NCBI GenBank assembly: GCA_024679065.1
Contig: JAGIQG010000040.1
Coordinates: 6,076,001 to 6,140,000 of the forward strand
Origin: Sphyrna mokarran
Lineage: Eukaryota
Reading direction: 5' to 3'
Length of the DNA stretch: 64,000 nt
In this document: piece after piece, positions 1-12,194 of the stretch
Position numbering within the stretch: position 1 is the first letter of the stretch
Layout of the letters: every line of letters starts with the position of its first letter
Made by a program: the position numbers and the translations under genes
Notes under the pieces: model-generated
What the model was told of the DNA's origin: nothing
Databases searched by the model: none
Seen by the model: only the letters and a program-made list of their open reading frames with translations

Positions 1-214
1 TCAACATCGAGACTCAGCTGCCTACCAGTGCTGTTGCTGAGGAACTTTGGGCCAACGATTCCGTAGATGCCGATTCAAGTAGCTATATTTGGTTGCATTG
101 AACTGGGTTGCAATCATTAATGTCTATTTTTGTTGAGTATGAAGGTAACTATCTGGAATATATTCACTGAGAGCGAGTCAATATCCCGATGCTGAAACTC
201 TAGTCGAGCTGAAA

Positions 215-227
215 CGCCCTCTGGTGG
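215..227 (-). promoter_or_regulatory. CTCF core motif CCACCAGAGGGCG (upstream of a presumed V gene left of the window)
   Basis: Exact match to the CCASYAGRKGGCR consensus on the minus strand; same position in each repeat unit. Confidence 0.6.
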
Positions 228-3138
228 TATTTTTTTCTAATTGCGCGCCTCAATGTTCCACTTCCCCCTGAGAGATTGCACAGGACTGTGTTGTGGTGTG
301 GGAGATCCTTATACTTGGACAGGTTGAGTCGTGTGGTGGGGAAGAGAAAGGTATTTTACTCTGAGGGATTTTTGTTTTGCGCAGATTGGACCCAAGGATG
401 GATATGCATTTTTGCCTGTTGGGAAATTAGTTTGGGAAAATGATGATTTATTCATTATGCTTTCAAGACTTATTTTTAAAAAAACAATCAGGGAACATCT
501 TACAGAAAAGTTTCTTTTAAAATGCACAGAGGAGAACATTCAAGATTTATTTTTAAAAAAGCAATCAGGGAACAGTTTACAGAAAAGTTTCTTTTAAAAT
601 GCCCAGAGGAGAACATAACAATTGATTTTCAAATTGAGAACAAAGCACGTGTGCTCTAAGCTGCCCAATGTATGTAGAATCGATACCAGAAAGAGAAACC
701 AGGAGTTCAACAAAAAGAGAAGGAAACCATTCTTCATAACCAATATGAAAAGTTGCTTGTCTATTCGTGAAATCTCGGCGAAACTACGAGCTATATTTAA
801 TTTACAATATTTAATATGGTTTCTCGATCTCTGGTCTTGCTCACGGTGCCACTGAGCGATTGGCTGTTTCTCAAACCATCATCCACTTGAACCGTCACTG
901 CTTCCGATCCTCTCTGCTTCCTGTGTGTAGCAGCAGAGTATATTGGTTCTTGCGGCTGAATCATAGACTGTTGTAGCGCTAACAGGGACCATTCGGCCAT
1001 TTCTCACGTACTGTCCCTGTTAATGCCTTGTCCACTTATTCTTTATCTGCAGCTTGCATTCAATCGCGCATTCTTAATTTTTCATTTGCTGGTCAAATAT
1101 TTATCCACCCGTCTCTGAAAATTACTTATAGATTCTGTCCCCATTACAGTTTGGTGTGCACTGTCGCAACCTCCAATAGTCGACTGCTCAAAACACAAAG
1201 GTCGCTCTCTCCGGAATCACCGGAAATGCTGCCATCCAATCAGGCACTGAGACACCAGCCCATTGTCTTTGTTTCTGTCCAACCTTTTCCAAACCTGCCT
1301 TGAATGTGTATTAGTCTGACAACTACTTCCGAACAGAATTGCTGCTCCTCTGAAAATGTCCTCAGTTGCTCTATTTTGCTTCCAGCGTTGTGCTCTCTCA
1401 TCCCCCATTTCATCTTTCCAGTCTTTCCTACACACTGTGTCTGAGATTAACGCTAAAGCAACGAAGAGTCACTAAACGGATCCATGTCTTTGAACTGTGT
1501 TCTAAACAATGATGTGTGCAGGCTTACACATGTTCCCTTGTGTTCTCAAATCTGCTTCCTTCTTAATAATCCTCGGATTCTGCATTTGTTTAATGACATA
1601 GCAACCTGTTCTCCGTTTTGTTTTAAGTTTATTTATCAGTATCACAAGAAGGCTTACATTAACACTGCAATGAAGTTAATGTGAAATTTCCCTTCTCGGG
1701 ATAGTGAGCAAAGCCCAAATTTACGGATAGGGCAATATCCAGTGACGGGTCTTTAGGTGACCTGGTTCAGAAAATTCAACTATTTAAATATTAAGTAAAT
1801 CTGAGTAATGTTAAAGAAAAATCACAGTCTTTTTAAGCTTCTCTTTCTTTATGAAGTGCAGATTAAATAAACAGAATTGACTATGATGGCATAAAATGAA
1901 GTTAACATTGATTTTGATTCATTCTTCATTTTCTCTGAATTGAAGCGTGTTTTTATTCGGCATAATAACAACAATAAGTTTGTGAAATAATCAGTATGAG
2001 AAGGCTGTGACTTCCCCAGTAAAACTGGCAAATTGTTTTTTGATGTAGAGATGCCGGCGTTGGACTGGGGTAAACACAGTAAGAGGTCTGACAACAGCAG
2101 TTTTAAATCCAACTGATTTATTTGATAGTAAACTCACAAGCTTTTGGCTATTGTAGCCTTCTTCCTCCGCACATACGCAGTATACCCTCCCTGTTTGACA
2201 TGCGCACTATCGAGCCGGCCTCCTGCACAGCGGATAAAACGGTTTCGCTACCAGGGGAAGGGGGGGATTGTGGCATCTGTGGCTGCCATTACTCATTTGG
2301 AGCGTGGTCTCCAAACTCCTCGACTGGGCTGGAAAGCGGGGGTGGAGGACACAGTGACCTCAGCTGACACAAAGTACATGTGGGAATAGAAGGATACAAA
2401 CGGATGGTCTAGTTAGGAACACATGATCCGTTCAGGTTTGGAGATCCAAAGGCCTGTTCCTGTGCTGTATTGTTCTTTGAGTCAGTGGTTTGGATTGGGA
2501 CGTCCCCTTAGCAAAACAGTTTGTTCACTTCAGGTGGAAAGATTTAGATTGCAACTTCATGGGCCTTGCATAGAAAGAGGGGTGGGGAATGCGCAGTGAC
2601 CTCCATCCTGACACAAACTCAGCCCTGGGTGTTTGGCTTTCTGTGCAATGTGTTGGGTCTTAGGTGTCCATGCTGTGAGCTGGGTCAAGGGATGTCTGTG
2701 TAGCGAGTCAAACATGGGGAGGGGGACCCATGCTTTTATGTATGTGTGAGGGTGAATGGACCCTAATGATTGCTTATGTGTTTGTGAAACAGAGAGTGGA
2801 ATCAATATTGTGTGTGCAAGTAGAACTAGAGCTATGGTGTGTATGTCCATGAGATAGAATGAAGTGCCTACGATTCTTTGTGTCTGGTTCACAGAGAGTG
2901 GAGTCAGTACACGCGTGTGAAAAAAGTTATGGTTTGTGTGTAAGATAGCGGGGGAATGTATGTGTGTGAGAGACAGAGAAAAGGGGCTGAGAGAGAGGAA
3001 AGTGATTTTGTCTGGATGGGCAAGTGTGAGAGACGAAGAGAGATTCTGTGTATGGGTGCATATCCAAGAGAGAAACCGAGAGCACATAAAAGTATGAGAA
3101 GAGAAGTCCGTTGTGAGATCTGATTTTCAATTATAAGC

Positions 3139-3303
3139 CAGGGGAAAGCGCGAACGCAGTCCCCCCACTACCACAAATTCTGCAGTCGAGTATCCCACAT
3201 CTGGGGACATCGCAGGCTTCAGAACACCCAGAGTGCAATGGGATAGCCTCATCCTGGGAGATCAACCTGTCTGATCATTGACTCTCCCCTGCCAGGTAAG
3301 TAT
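3139..3303 (-). ncRNA. RNU1: U1 spliceosomal snRNA (variant), copy 1
   Basis: Reverse complement starts ATACTTACCTGGCAGGGGAGA, has the U1A loop ATTGCACTC and Sm site AATTTGTGG, and ends GACTGCGTTCGCGCTTTCCCCTG; 165 nt. A 3'-box-like ATTGAAAATCAGA follows. Confidence 0.95.
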
Positions 3304-3340
3304 GCTCAACTAACCTCTCATATTGTACGTCACATCAAGC

Positions 3341-3358
3341 ATTACCCCTCACAGTCAG
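3341..3358 (-). promoter_or_regulatory. Putative snRNA proximal sequence element (PSE)
   Basis: TGACTGTGAGGGGTAATG at about -55 to -38 from the U1 start, resembling the vertebrate U1 PSE (TGACCGTGTGTGTAAAG). Confidence 0.45.
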
Positions 3359-4456
3359 ACAAACAAAACTTTCACGCATAATATCGCCCTGTTCAGATTT
3401 ATTGTCACTGGAACAACAATAAGATCATGGTTGATCTGAAGTGGATCATATCCACTTTCCTGCTTTCTCCCCATAACCCTTGTCTATCAGAAATCTCATT
3501 GTGAGATTGTGTTTTCTTTTTCGCCATGATGTTTCTTGCTTTGTGATAATCTCTTCTTCAGAAATCAGTGGTGGCAAGGTCATTGAACAAAATTCCGAAG
3601 GGGTGGGGTCAACTATTGAATGACCAGGGAGTCAGAGTGTACAGGGGGAGACATGGGAATACAGATGTGACAATTCAATCAGCCAGGATCTTATCAAATG
3701 TCGGGCAGTCTCGGGGTGGCAGAGTTGCTTAGTCCTGCTCCGAATTTGTCTGTTCACATGGCTACAAGTGGACTTATTATATGAGTTGATTACAAGTCGT
3801 CTTGATACAGACGTTAAACCTCGTAAATGCCCTCATGATATTTTAATGTGCTTTTTGTCTCCTTTACTCCCATTTCCCCGCCTGTGAAACAACCATTTCT
3901 CATCTCCTCTCTCAGCAGCTTATAACTGGCCTGTTCAGAGGCTGTATTTCATCAGTGCGTGTTCCTGCATCAGAAACAGCGGATCTGCAATCAACATGTC
4001 CCACAGAGTAATGGAGAATGGGCTGCTTGTGTTTCAGTCTGTCTCCCGGAGGATAATATTGTTTCCCCTTTTCCTTTAACTGTTCTTTTTATGATGATCA
4101 TTAACAAACCGACCCTCACAGCAGATCGCTGTCTCTCACTGGGACATTGGCTGCAGCACAGATCCAGGGGGTTTCTTTCATTGATATCCAGCTCATACAG
4201 GACGCCCGGTCACTGAGGGCGGGGATTATAACGGCTGCCTTCACTTATGATTCTGGGATGTTTTCTCTCTTCCGCTGCAGTTGTGCAGCTCATTTTCTCA
4301 GCCTCTCCCGCTAACTGTTGGCTGACAGTTTGATCCGAGGTTAATCTGGTTTCCTCTCGGTGTGTATCTGAGCGCCTGCGAGCGCCGCTGCTTTGCAGCA
4401 ACCGCAGTCCTGCTTAAAGCTCAACAGAGCGGAGCTCGCACTAACAACCCAAAGGC

Positions 4457-4495
4457 AGTTTTTGTACAGGGGTGAGACTGCTTTCCATCACTGTG
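4457..4495 (-). other. 23-bp-spacer recombination signal sequence of V1
   Basis: Heptamer CACAGTG (4495-4489), 23-nt spacer (4488-4466), nonamer ACAAAAACT (4465-4457). Confidence 0.95.
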
Positions 4496-4950
4496 ATGGA
4501 TCGAAAGCGCAGTAATACACGGCGGCATCAGTCAGCTGCAGATCCGAGATCTTTAAACTGGTGAATTTAGTCGAGGTCTGAAGATTTATAGAGAAACGGC
4601 TTTTGGCAAAATCTGCTTTATCTTCATTATTGATTGTATCTCTCCACACTATAAACTCGGGCTGGTTTCCTGGGAGTTGTCGGTACCAGTGTAATGTATA
4701 GCTGCTCCGTGTAGTTTCATAGTTACAGGTTAATACGAGCTCTGCTCCTTCTGCTTTAACATCTGAGGGCAGCGACTGAGTGACAGAATCTCCATGAGTT
4801 AAATCTGGAAAATAGAACATTAATAAGAAAAAGTTTAGACCGGTGGCTGATTGAAATGTGATTCCAATCAAGCTTGGGGAATGAAAAAGCGCATCCACAT
4901 TTACCTGTCAGCAATGTTCCCCACACAACCCAGATGCTGAGCAGCCGCAT
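4496..4950 (-). CDS. T-cell receptor alpha/delta-type V gene segment 1 (leader exon 4950-4905, intron 4904-4805, V exon 4804-4496)
   Basis: Leader MRLLSIWVVWGTLLT, then a GT..AG 100-nt intron, then DSVTQ..LTCNY..WYRQ..RFS..LQLTDAAVYYCAF, directly followed by the 23-RSS. Confidence 0.93.
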
Positions 4951-5000
4951 TGTCTCTGTCCTCTCTGTGAAAGGGGAGAGGGGGTTTGGATATTTAGCCT

Positions 5001-5080
5001 CCCTTTTTAAACCCCGCCCTTAATAATCTGTTACCGGCTCTCAGGCTGCGCTCCCCTCACTTCCTCGCTTTCCCATTGGT
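5001..5080 (-). promoter_or_regulatory. V1 promoter region: CCAAT box, GC box and TATA-like TTTAAAA
   Basis: Minus strand reads CCAATGGG ... AGGGCGGGGTTTAAAAAGGG about 55-130 nt upstream of the leader ATG; conserved upstream of V2. Confidence 0.45.
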
Positions 5081-8000
5081 GCTGTGAGGCCGGCAGAGAG
5101 CAAAGAGAATCAACCCCCGGGCTGCATTCCGCTCACTGTTCTTGCAGAGAAAATGCTTCCAGAATTATATACCAGAGTTGGGGAAGGAACACCATCACCA
5201 TAATTGTTCCAAAGAAAATAAATAATTTTTGAATGAGTTTGTCACTTTGTTTTCACGGATTTGGCTCCACTTTCATGACCATGACTCCAGTGAAATTCCT
5301 CTCAAGGGCTTTAATTATTATTATTAATACATGAAATAATGTCAGAGTTGCTGTAAAGTTTAGTTTTCTACTCAAATCTCCCCTTGAGAAGGGGAGAGGG
5401 TGTGCAGCCTTCTTAAACTGCTGTGGTCTCTCGGAACTATTAATATGGGGAAAGAGGATGTGGAACATATCTAGCTTTTCCACTAACGCAAAATTCCTCC
5501 GGATGCTGCGGTTTCATCCCAAACTCTAAAGATGTGCAGGTTAGTTGGATTGGCCAGGCTAACTTGTCCCTTAGTGTCCAAGTTAAGTGTATAGGTAACT
5601 GTATAGGTATGAGCAAGGTATACATTACGTGTATAGGTGTAAGCAACGAAGACTCACTAAACAGATCCATGTGTTTGAACTGTGGTCTCAACAATGATGT
5701 GTGCAGGCTTACACGTGTCCTCTTGTTTTCTGAAATCTGCTTCCTTGTTAATAATCCTCGGGATTCTGCATTTGTTTAATGTCATCAGCGGCTTCTTCCG
5801 TTTTTTAGAAAGTTTATTTATCCGTGTCACAAGAAGGCTCACATTAACACTGTGGGCTCCGGGGATATGGCCTGTGTGGGATTGTTGTCGGGGAATCGGT
5901 GCAGCTTCAGTGGGCCAAATGGCCTCCTTCTGCACTGCAGAGATTTTATAGTCTTATGATATTCAGGCAAAAAAAATTTAAAAACATGTAAAAGGAACCT
6001 ACAGCCGATATCGGAGGATGGTCATTGTCGCATCACACCTCATTATAGATAAAACACCCTAGTGTATTTTCCTGTTCTGCTCTCAATGTTGAAAATGTCT
6101 TAAAGGGAAATGTTTCATTGAGAATGTCAACATCGAGATTCAGTTGCCTACCAGTGCTGTTGCTGAGGAACTTTGGGCCATAGTTCCATAGATGCCGATT
6201 CAAGTAGCTATATTTGGTTGCATTGAACTAGGTTGCAATCATTAATGTCTATTTTTGTTGGGTATGAAGGTAACTATCTGGAATATATTCACTGAGAGCG
6301 AGTCAATATCCCAATGCTGAAACTCGAGTAGAGCTGAAACGCCTCTGGCAGTATTATTTCTAATTGCGCGCCTTAATGTTGCACTTCCCCCTGAGAGATT
6401 GCACAGGACTGTGTTGTGGTGTGGAAGATCCTTATACTTGGACAGGATGACTCCTGTGGTGGGGAAGAGGAAGATATTTTACTCTGAGGGATTTTTTTTG
6501 CGCAGATTGGACCCAAGGATGGATATGCATTTTTCCTGTTGGGAAATTAGTTTGGGAAAGTGATGATTTATTCATTATGCATTCAAGATTTATTTTTAAA
6601 AAAACAATCAGGGAACATTTTACAGAAAAGTTTCTTTTAAAATGCACAGAAGAGAACATAACAATTGATTTTCAAATTGAGAACAAAGCACGTGTGCTCT
6701 AAGCTGCCCAATGTATGTAGAATCGACACCAGAAAGAGAAACCAGGAGTTCAACAAAAAGAGAAGGAAACAATTCTTCATAACCAATATGAAAAGTTGCT
6801 TATCTATTCCTGAAATGTCGGCGAAACTACGAGCTATATTTAATTTACAATATTTAATATGGGTTCTCGATCTCTGGTGTTGCTCACGGTGCCACTGAGC
6901 GATTGGCTGTTTCTCAAACCATCGTCCACTTGAACTCTCACTGCTTCCGATCCTCTCTGCTTCCTGTGTGTAGCAGCAGAGTATATTGGTTCTTGCGGCT
7001 GAATCATAGACTGTTGCAGCACTATCAGAGGCCATTCGGCCATTTCTCACGTACTGTTTCTGTTAATGCGTTGTCCACTTATTCTTTATCTGCAGCTTGC
7101 ATTCAATCGCGCATTCTTAAATTTTCCATTTTCTGGTCAAATATTTATCCACCCGTCTCTGAAAATTACTTATAGATTCTGTCCCCATTACAGTTTGGTG
7201 TGCACTGTCGCAACCTCCAATAGTCGACTGCTCAAAACACAAAGGTCGCTCTCTCCAGAATCACCGGAAATGCTGCCATCCAATCAGGCACTGAGACACC
7301 AGCCCACTGTCTTTGTTTCTTTCCAACCTTTTCCAAACCTGCCTTGAATGTGTATTAGTCTGACAACTACTTCCGAACACAATTGCTGCTCCTCTGAAAA
7401 TGTCCTCAGTTGCTCTATTTTGCTTCCAGCGTTGTGCTCTTTCACCCCCATTTCATCTTTCCAGTCTTTCCTACACACTGTGTCTGAGATTAACGCTAAA
7501 GCAACGAAGAGTCACTAAACGGATCCATGTGTTTGAACTGTGTTCTAAACAATGATGTGTGCAGGCTTACACATGTTCCCTTGTGTTCTCAAATCTGCTT
7601 CCTTCTTAATAATCCTCGGATTCTGCATTTGTTTAATGACATAGCAACCTGTTCTCCGTTTTGTTTTAAGTTTATTTATCAGTATCGCAAGAAGGCTTAC
7701 ATTAACACTGCAATGAAGTTAATGTGAAATTTCCCTTCTCGGGATAAGTGAGCAAAGCCCAAATTTACGGATAGGGCAATATCCAGTGACGGGTCTTTAG
7801 GTGACCTGGTTCAGAAAATTCAACTATTTAAATATTAAGTAAATCTGAGTAATGTTAAAGAAAAATCACAGTCTTTTTAAGCTTCTCTTTCTTTATGAAG
7901 TGCAGATTAAATAAACAGAATTGACTATGATGGCATAAAATGAAGTTAACATTGATTTTCATTCATTCTTCATTTTCTCTGAATTGAAGCGTGTTTTTAT

Positions 8001-9182
8001 TCGGCATAATAACAACAATAAGTTTGTGAAATAATCAGTATGAGAAGGCTGTGACTTCCCCAGTAAAACTGGCAAATTGTTTTTTGATGTAGAGATGCCG
8101 GCGTTGGACTGGGGTAAACACAGTAAGAGGTCTGACAACAGCAGTTTTAAATCCAACTGATTTATTTGATAGTAAACTCACAAGCTTTTGGCTATTGTAG
8201 CCTTCTTCCTCCGCACATACGCAGTATACCCTCCCTGTTTGACATGCGCACTATCGAGCCGGCCTCCTGCACAGCGGATAAAACGGTTTCGCTACCAGGG
8301 GAAGGGGGGTATTGAGGGATCTGTGGCTGCCATTACTCATTTGGAGCGTGGTCTCCAAACTCCTCGACTGGGCTGGAAAGCGGGGGTGGAGGACACAGTG
8401 ACCTCAGCTGACACAAAGTACATGTGGGAATAGAAGGATACAAACGGATGGTCTAGTTAGGAACACATGATCCGTTCAGGTTTGGAGATCCAAAGGCCTG
8501 TTCCTGTGCTGTATTGTTCTTTGAGTCAGTGGTTTGGATTGGGACGTCCCCTTAGCAAAACAGTTTGTTCACTTCAGGTGGAAAGATTTAGATTGCAACT
8601 TCATGGGCCTTGCATAGAAAGAGGGGTGGGGAATGCGCAGTGACCTCCATCCTGACACAAACTCAGCCCTGGGTGTTTGGCTTTCTGTGCAATGTGTTGG
8701 GTCTTAGGTGTCCATGCTGTGAGCTGGGTCAAGGGATGTCTGTGTAGCGAGTCAAACATGGGGAGGGGGACCCATGCTTTTATGTATGTGTGAGGGTGAA
8801 TGGACCCTAATGATTGCTTATGTGTTTGTGAAACAGAGAGTGGAATCAATATTGTGTGTGCAAGTAGAACTAGAGCTATGGTGTGTATGTCCATGAGATA
8901 GAATGAAGTGCCTACGATTCTTTGTGTCTGGTTCACAGAGAGTGGAGTCAGTACACGCGTGTGAAAAAAGTTATGGTTTGTGTGTAAGATAGCGGGGGAA
9001 TGTATGTGTGTGAGAGACAGAGAAAAGGGGCTGAGAGAGAGGAAAGTGATTTTGTCTGGATGGGCAAGTGTGAGAGACGAAGAGAGATTCTGTGTATGGG
9101 TGCATATCCAAGAGAGAAACCGAGAGCACATAAAAGTATGAGAAGAGAAGTCCGTTGTGAGATCTGATTTTCAATTATAAGT

Positions 9183-9347
9183 CAGGGGAAAGCGCGAACG
9201 CAGTCCCCCCACTACCACAAATTCTGCAGTCGAGTATCCCACATCTGGGGACATCGCAGGCTTCAGCACACCCAGAGTGCAATGGGATAGCCTCATCCTG
9301 GGAGATCAACCTGTCTGATCATTGACTCTCCCCTGCCAGGTAAGTAT
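9183..9347 (-). ncRNA. RNU1: U1 spliceosomal snRNA (variant), copy 2
   Basis: Same as copy 1 except the stem II 3' arm (GTGCTGA vs GTTCTGA). Confidence 0.95.
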
Positions 9348-10496
9348 GCTCAACTAACCTCTCATATTGTACGTCACATCAAGCATTACCCCTCACAGTC
9401 AGACAAACAAAACTTTCACGCATAATATCGCCCTGTTCAGATTTATTGTCACTGGAACAACAATAAGATCATGGTTGATCTGAAGTGGATCATATCCACT
9501 TTCCTGCTTTCTCCCCATAACCCTTGTCTATCAGAAATCTCATTATGAGATTGTGTTTTCTCGCCATGATGTTTCTTGCTTTGTGATAATCTCTTCTTCA
9601 GAAATCAGTGGTGGCAAGGTCATTGAACAAAATTCCGAAGGGGTGGGGTCAACTATTGAATGACCAGGGAGTCAGAGTGTACAGGGGGAGACATGGGAAT
9701 ACAGATGTGACAATTCAATCAGCCAGGATCTTATCAAATGTCGGGCAGTCTCGGGGTGGCAGAGTTGCTTAGTCCTGCTCCGAATTTGTCTGTTCACATG
9801 GCTACAAGTGGACTTATTATATTAGTTGATTACAAGTCGTCTTGATACAGACGTTAAACCTCGTAAATGCCCTCATGATATTTTAATGTGCTTTTTGTCT
9901 CCTTTACTCCCATTTCCCCGCCGGTGAAACAGCCATTTCTCATCTCCTCTCTCAGCAGCTTATAACTGGCCTGCTCAGAGGCTGTATTTCATCAGTGCGT
10001 GTTCCTGCATCAAAAACAGCGGATCTGCAATCAACATGTCCCACAGAGTAATGGAGAATGGGCTGCTTGTGTTTCAGTCTGTCTCCCGGAGGATAATATT
10101 GTTTCCTCTTTTCCTTTAACTGTTCTTTTTATGATGATCATTAACAAACCGACCCTCACAGCAGATCGCTGTCTCTCACTGGGACATTGGCTGCAGCACA
10201 GATCCAGGGGGTTTCTTTCATTGATATCCAGCTCATACAGGACGCCCGGTCACTGAGGGCGGGGATTATAACGGCTGCCTTCACTTATGATTCTGGGATG
10301 TTTTCTCTCTCCCGCTGCAGTTGTGCAGCTCAAATTCTCGGCCTCTCCCGCTAACTGTTGGCTGACAGTTTGATCCGAGGTTAATCTGGTTTCCTCTCGG
10401 TGTGTATCTGAGCGCCTGCGAGCGCCGCTGCTTTGCAGCAACCGCAGTCCTGCTTAAAGCTCAACAGAGCGGAGCTCGCACTAATAATCCAAAGGC

Positions 10497-10535
10497 AGTT
10501 TTTGTACAGGGGTGAGACTGCTTTCCATCACTGTG
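10497..10535 (-). other. 23-bp-spacer RSS of V2
   Basis: CACAGTG (10535-10529), 23 nt, ACAAAAACT (10505-10497). Confidence 0.95.
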
Positions 10536-10990
10536 ATGGCTCGAAAGCGCAGTAATACACGGCGGCATCAGTCAGCTGCAGATCCATAATGGTTAAACTG
10601 GTGAATTTAGTCGAGGTCTGAAGATTTATAGAGAAACGGCTTTTGGCAAAATCTGCTTTATCTTCATTACTATATGTATTTCTCCACACTATAAACTCGG
10701 GCTGGTTTCCTGGGAGTTGTCGGTACCAATTTAATGCATAGTTGCTCCGTGTAGTTTCATAGTTACAGGTTAATACGAGCTCTGCTCCTTCTGCTTTAAC
10801 TTCTGACGGCAGCGACTGAGTGACAGAATCTCCATGAGTTAAATCTGGAAAATAGAACATTAATAAGAAAAAGTTTAGACCGGTGGCTGATAGAAATGTG
10901 ATTCCAATCAAGCTTGGGGAATGAAAAAGCGCATCCACATTTACCTGTCAGCAATGTTCCCCACACAACCCAGATGCTGAGCAGCCGCAT
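10536..10990 (-). CDS. T-cell receptor alpha/delta-type V gene segment 2 (leader exon 10990-10945, intron 10944-10845, V exon 10844-10536)
   Basis: Same architecture as V1; open frame with conserved Cys, WYRQ and YYCAF. Confidence 0.93.
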
Positions 10991-12194
10991 TGTCTCTGTC
11001 CTCTCTGTGAAAGGGGAGAGGGGGGTTTGGATATTTAGCCTCCCTTTTTAAACCCCGCCCTTAATAATCTGTTACCGGCTCTCAGTCTGCGCTCCCCTCA
11101 CTTCCTCGCTTTCCCATTGGTGCTGTGAGGCCGGCAGAGAGCAAAGAGAATCAACCCCCGGGCTGCATTCCGCTCACTGTTCTTGTAGAGAAAATGCTTC
11201 CAGAATTATATACCAGAGTTGGGGAAGGAACGCCTTCACCATAATTGGACCAAAGAAAGTAAATAATTTTTGAATGAGTTTGTCACTTTGTTTTCACGGA
11301 TTTTCTTCCACTATCAGCGTGGTGATAACCATGACTCCAGTGAAATTCCTCTCAAGGGCTTTAATTATTATTAATATATGAAGTAATTGTATATAAAGCG
11401 GGCTCGTTGGGCCGAAGGGCCTGTTTCCCGTTCTGTGTTGTTCTTTATTCTTTGTTCTAATGCCAGAGTTGCTGGCAAGTCCAGTTTTCTACTCAATTCT
11501 CCCCTTGAGAAGGAGAGAGAGTGTGCAGCGTTTTTAAACTGTTATGATTTCTCAGAACTATTAGTAATGAGGATGTGTAATATATCCAGCTTTTCCACTA
11601 GTGCAAAGTTCCTCCGGATGCTGCGGTTTCATCCCAAATTCCAAAGATTTGCAGGTTAGGGTGGATTGGCCAGGCTAACTTGTCCCTTAGTGTCCCAAGG
11701 TGTGTATGTAAGTAGAGGGGTTAGCAGGTTGAATATGTGGGCTCCAGGGATATGGCCTGTGTGGGATTGTTGTCGGGAAGTCGGTGCAGGTTCAGGATTT
11801 TATTCTCTTGCGATATTCAGGGAAGAAATGTTTTTAAAACATGTAAAAGGAACCTGCAGCTGACATTGGAGCATGGTCATTATCCCATCACACCTCACTA
11901 TAGGTAAAACACTCCAGTGTATTTTCCCGTTCTGCTCTCAATGTTGAAAATGTTTTAAAGGGGAATGTTTTATTGAAAATGTCAACATCGAGACTCAGAT
12001 GCCTACCAGTGCTGTTGCTGAGGAAATTTGGGTCATAGTTCCGTAGATGCCGAATCAAGTAGCTGTATTTGGTTGCATTGAACTGGGTTGCAATCATTAA
12101 TGTCTATTTTTGTTGGGTATGAAGGTAACTATCTGGAATATATTCACTGAGAGCGAGTCAATATCCCAATGCTGAAACTCTAGTAAAGCTGAAC

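Noticed and set aside
797-1000. ORF with a faint cadherin-like VxVxDG..SLS.T motif
   Set aside because: Short, lacks other cadherin motifs and exon structure; its recurrence is explained by the tandem duplication.
1433-1439. Isolated RSS heptamer (CACAGTG on -)
   Set aside because: No nonamer at 12 or 23 spacing and no V/D/J-like flank.
2557-3087. 176-aa ORF duplicated at 8601..9131
   Set aside because: Low-complexity GT/GA-rich DNA, GTG start, no recognisable domain.
4496-4950. IgH V, IgNAR V or NAR-TCR supporting Vdelta
   Set aside because: No octamer promoter seen, the sequence has TCR alpha/delta-like DSVTQ/WYRQ/YYCAF motifs, and it has its own leader exon (supporting Vdelta segments are leaderless). 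Alpha vs delta cannot be resolved here.
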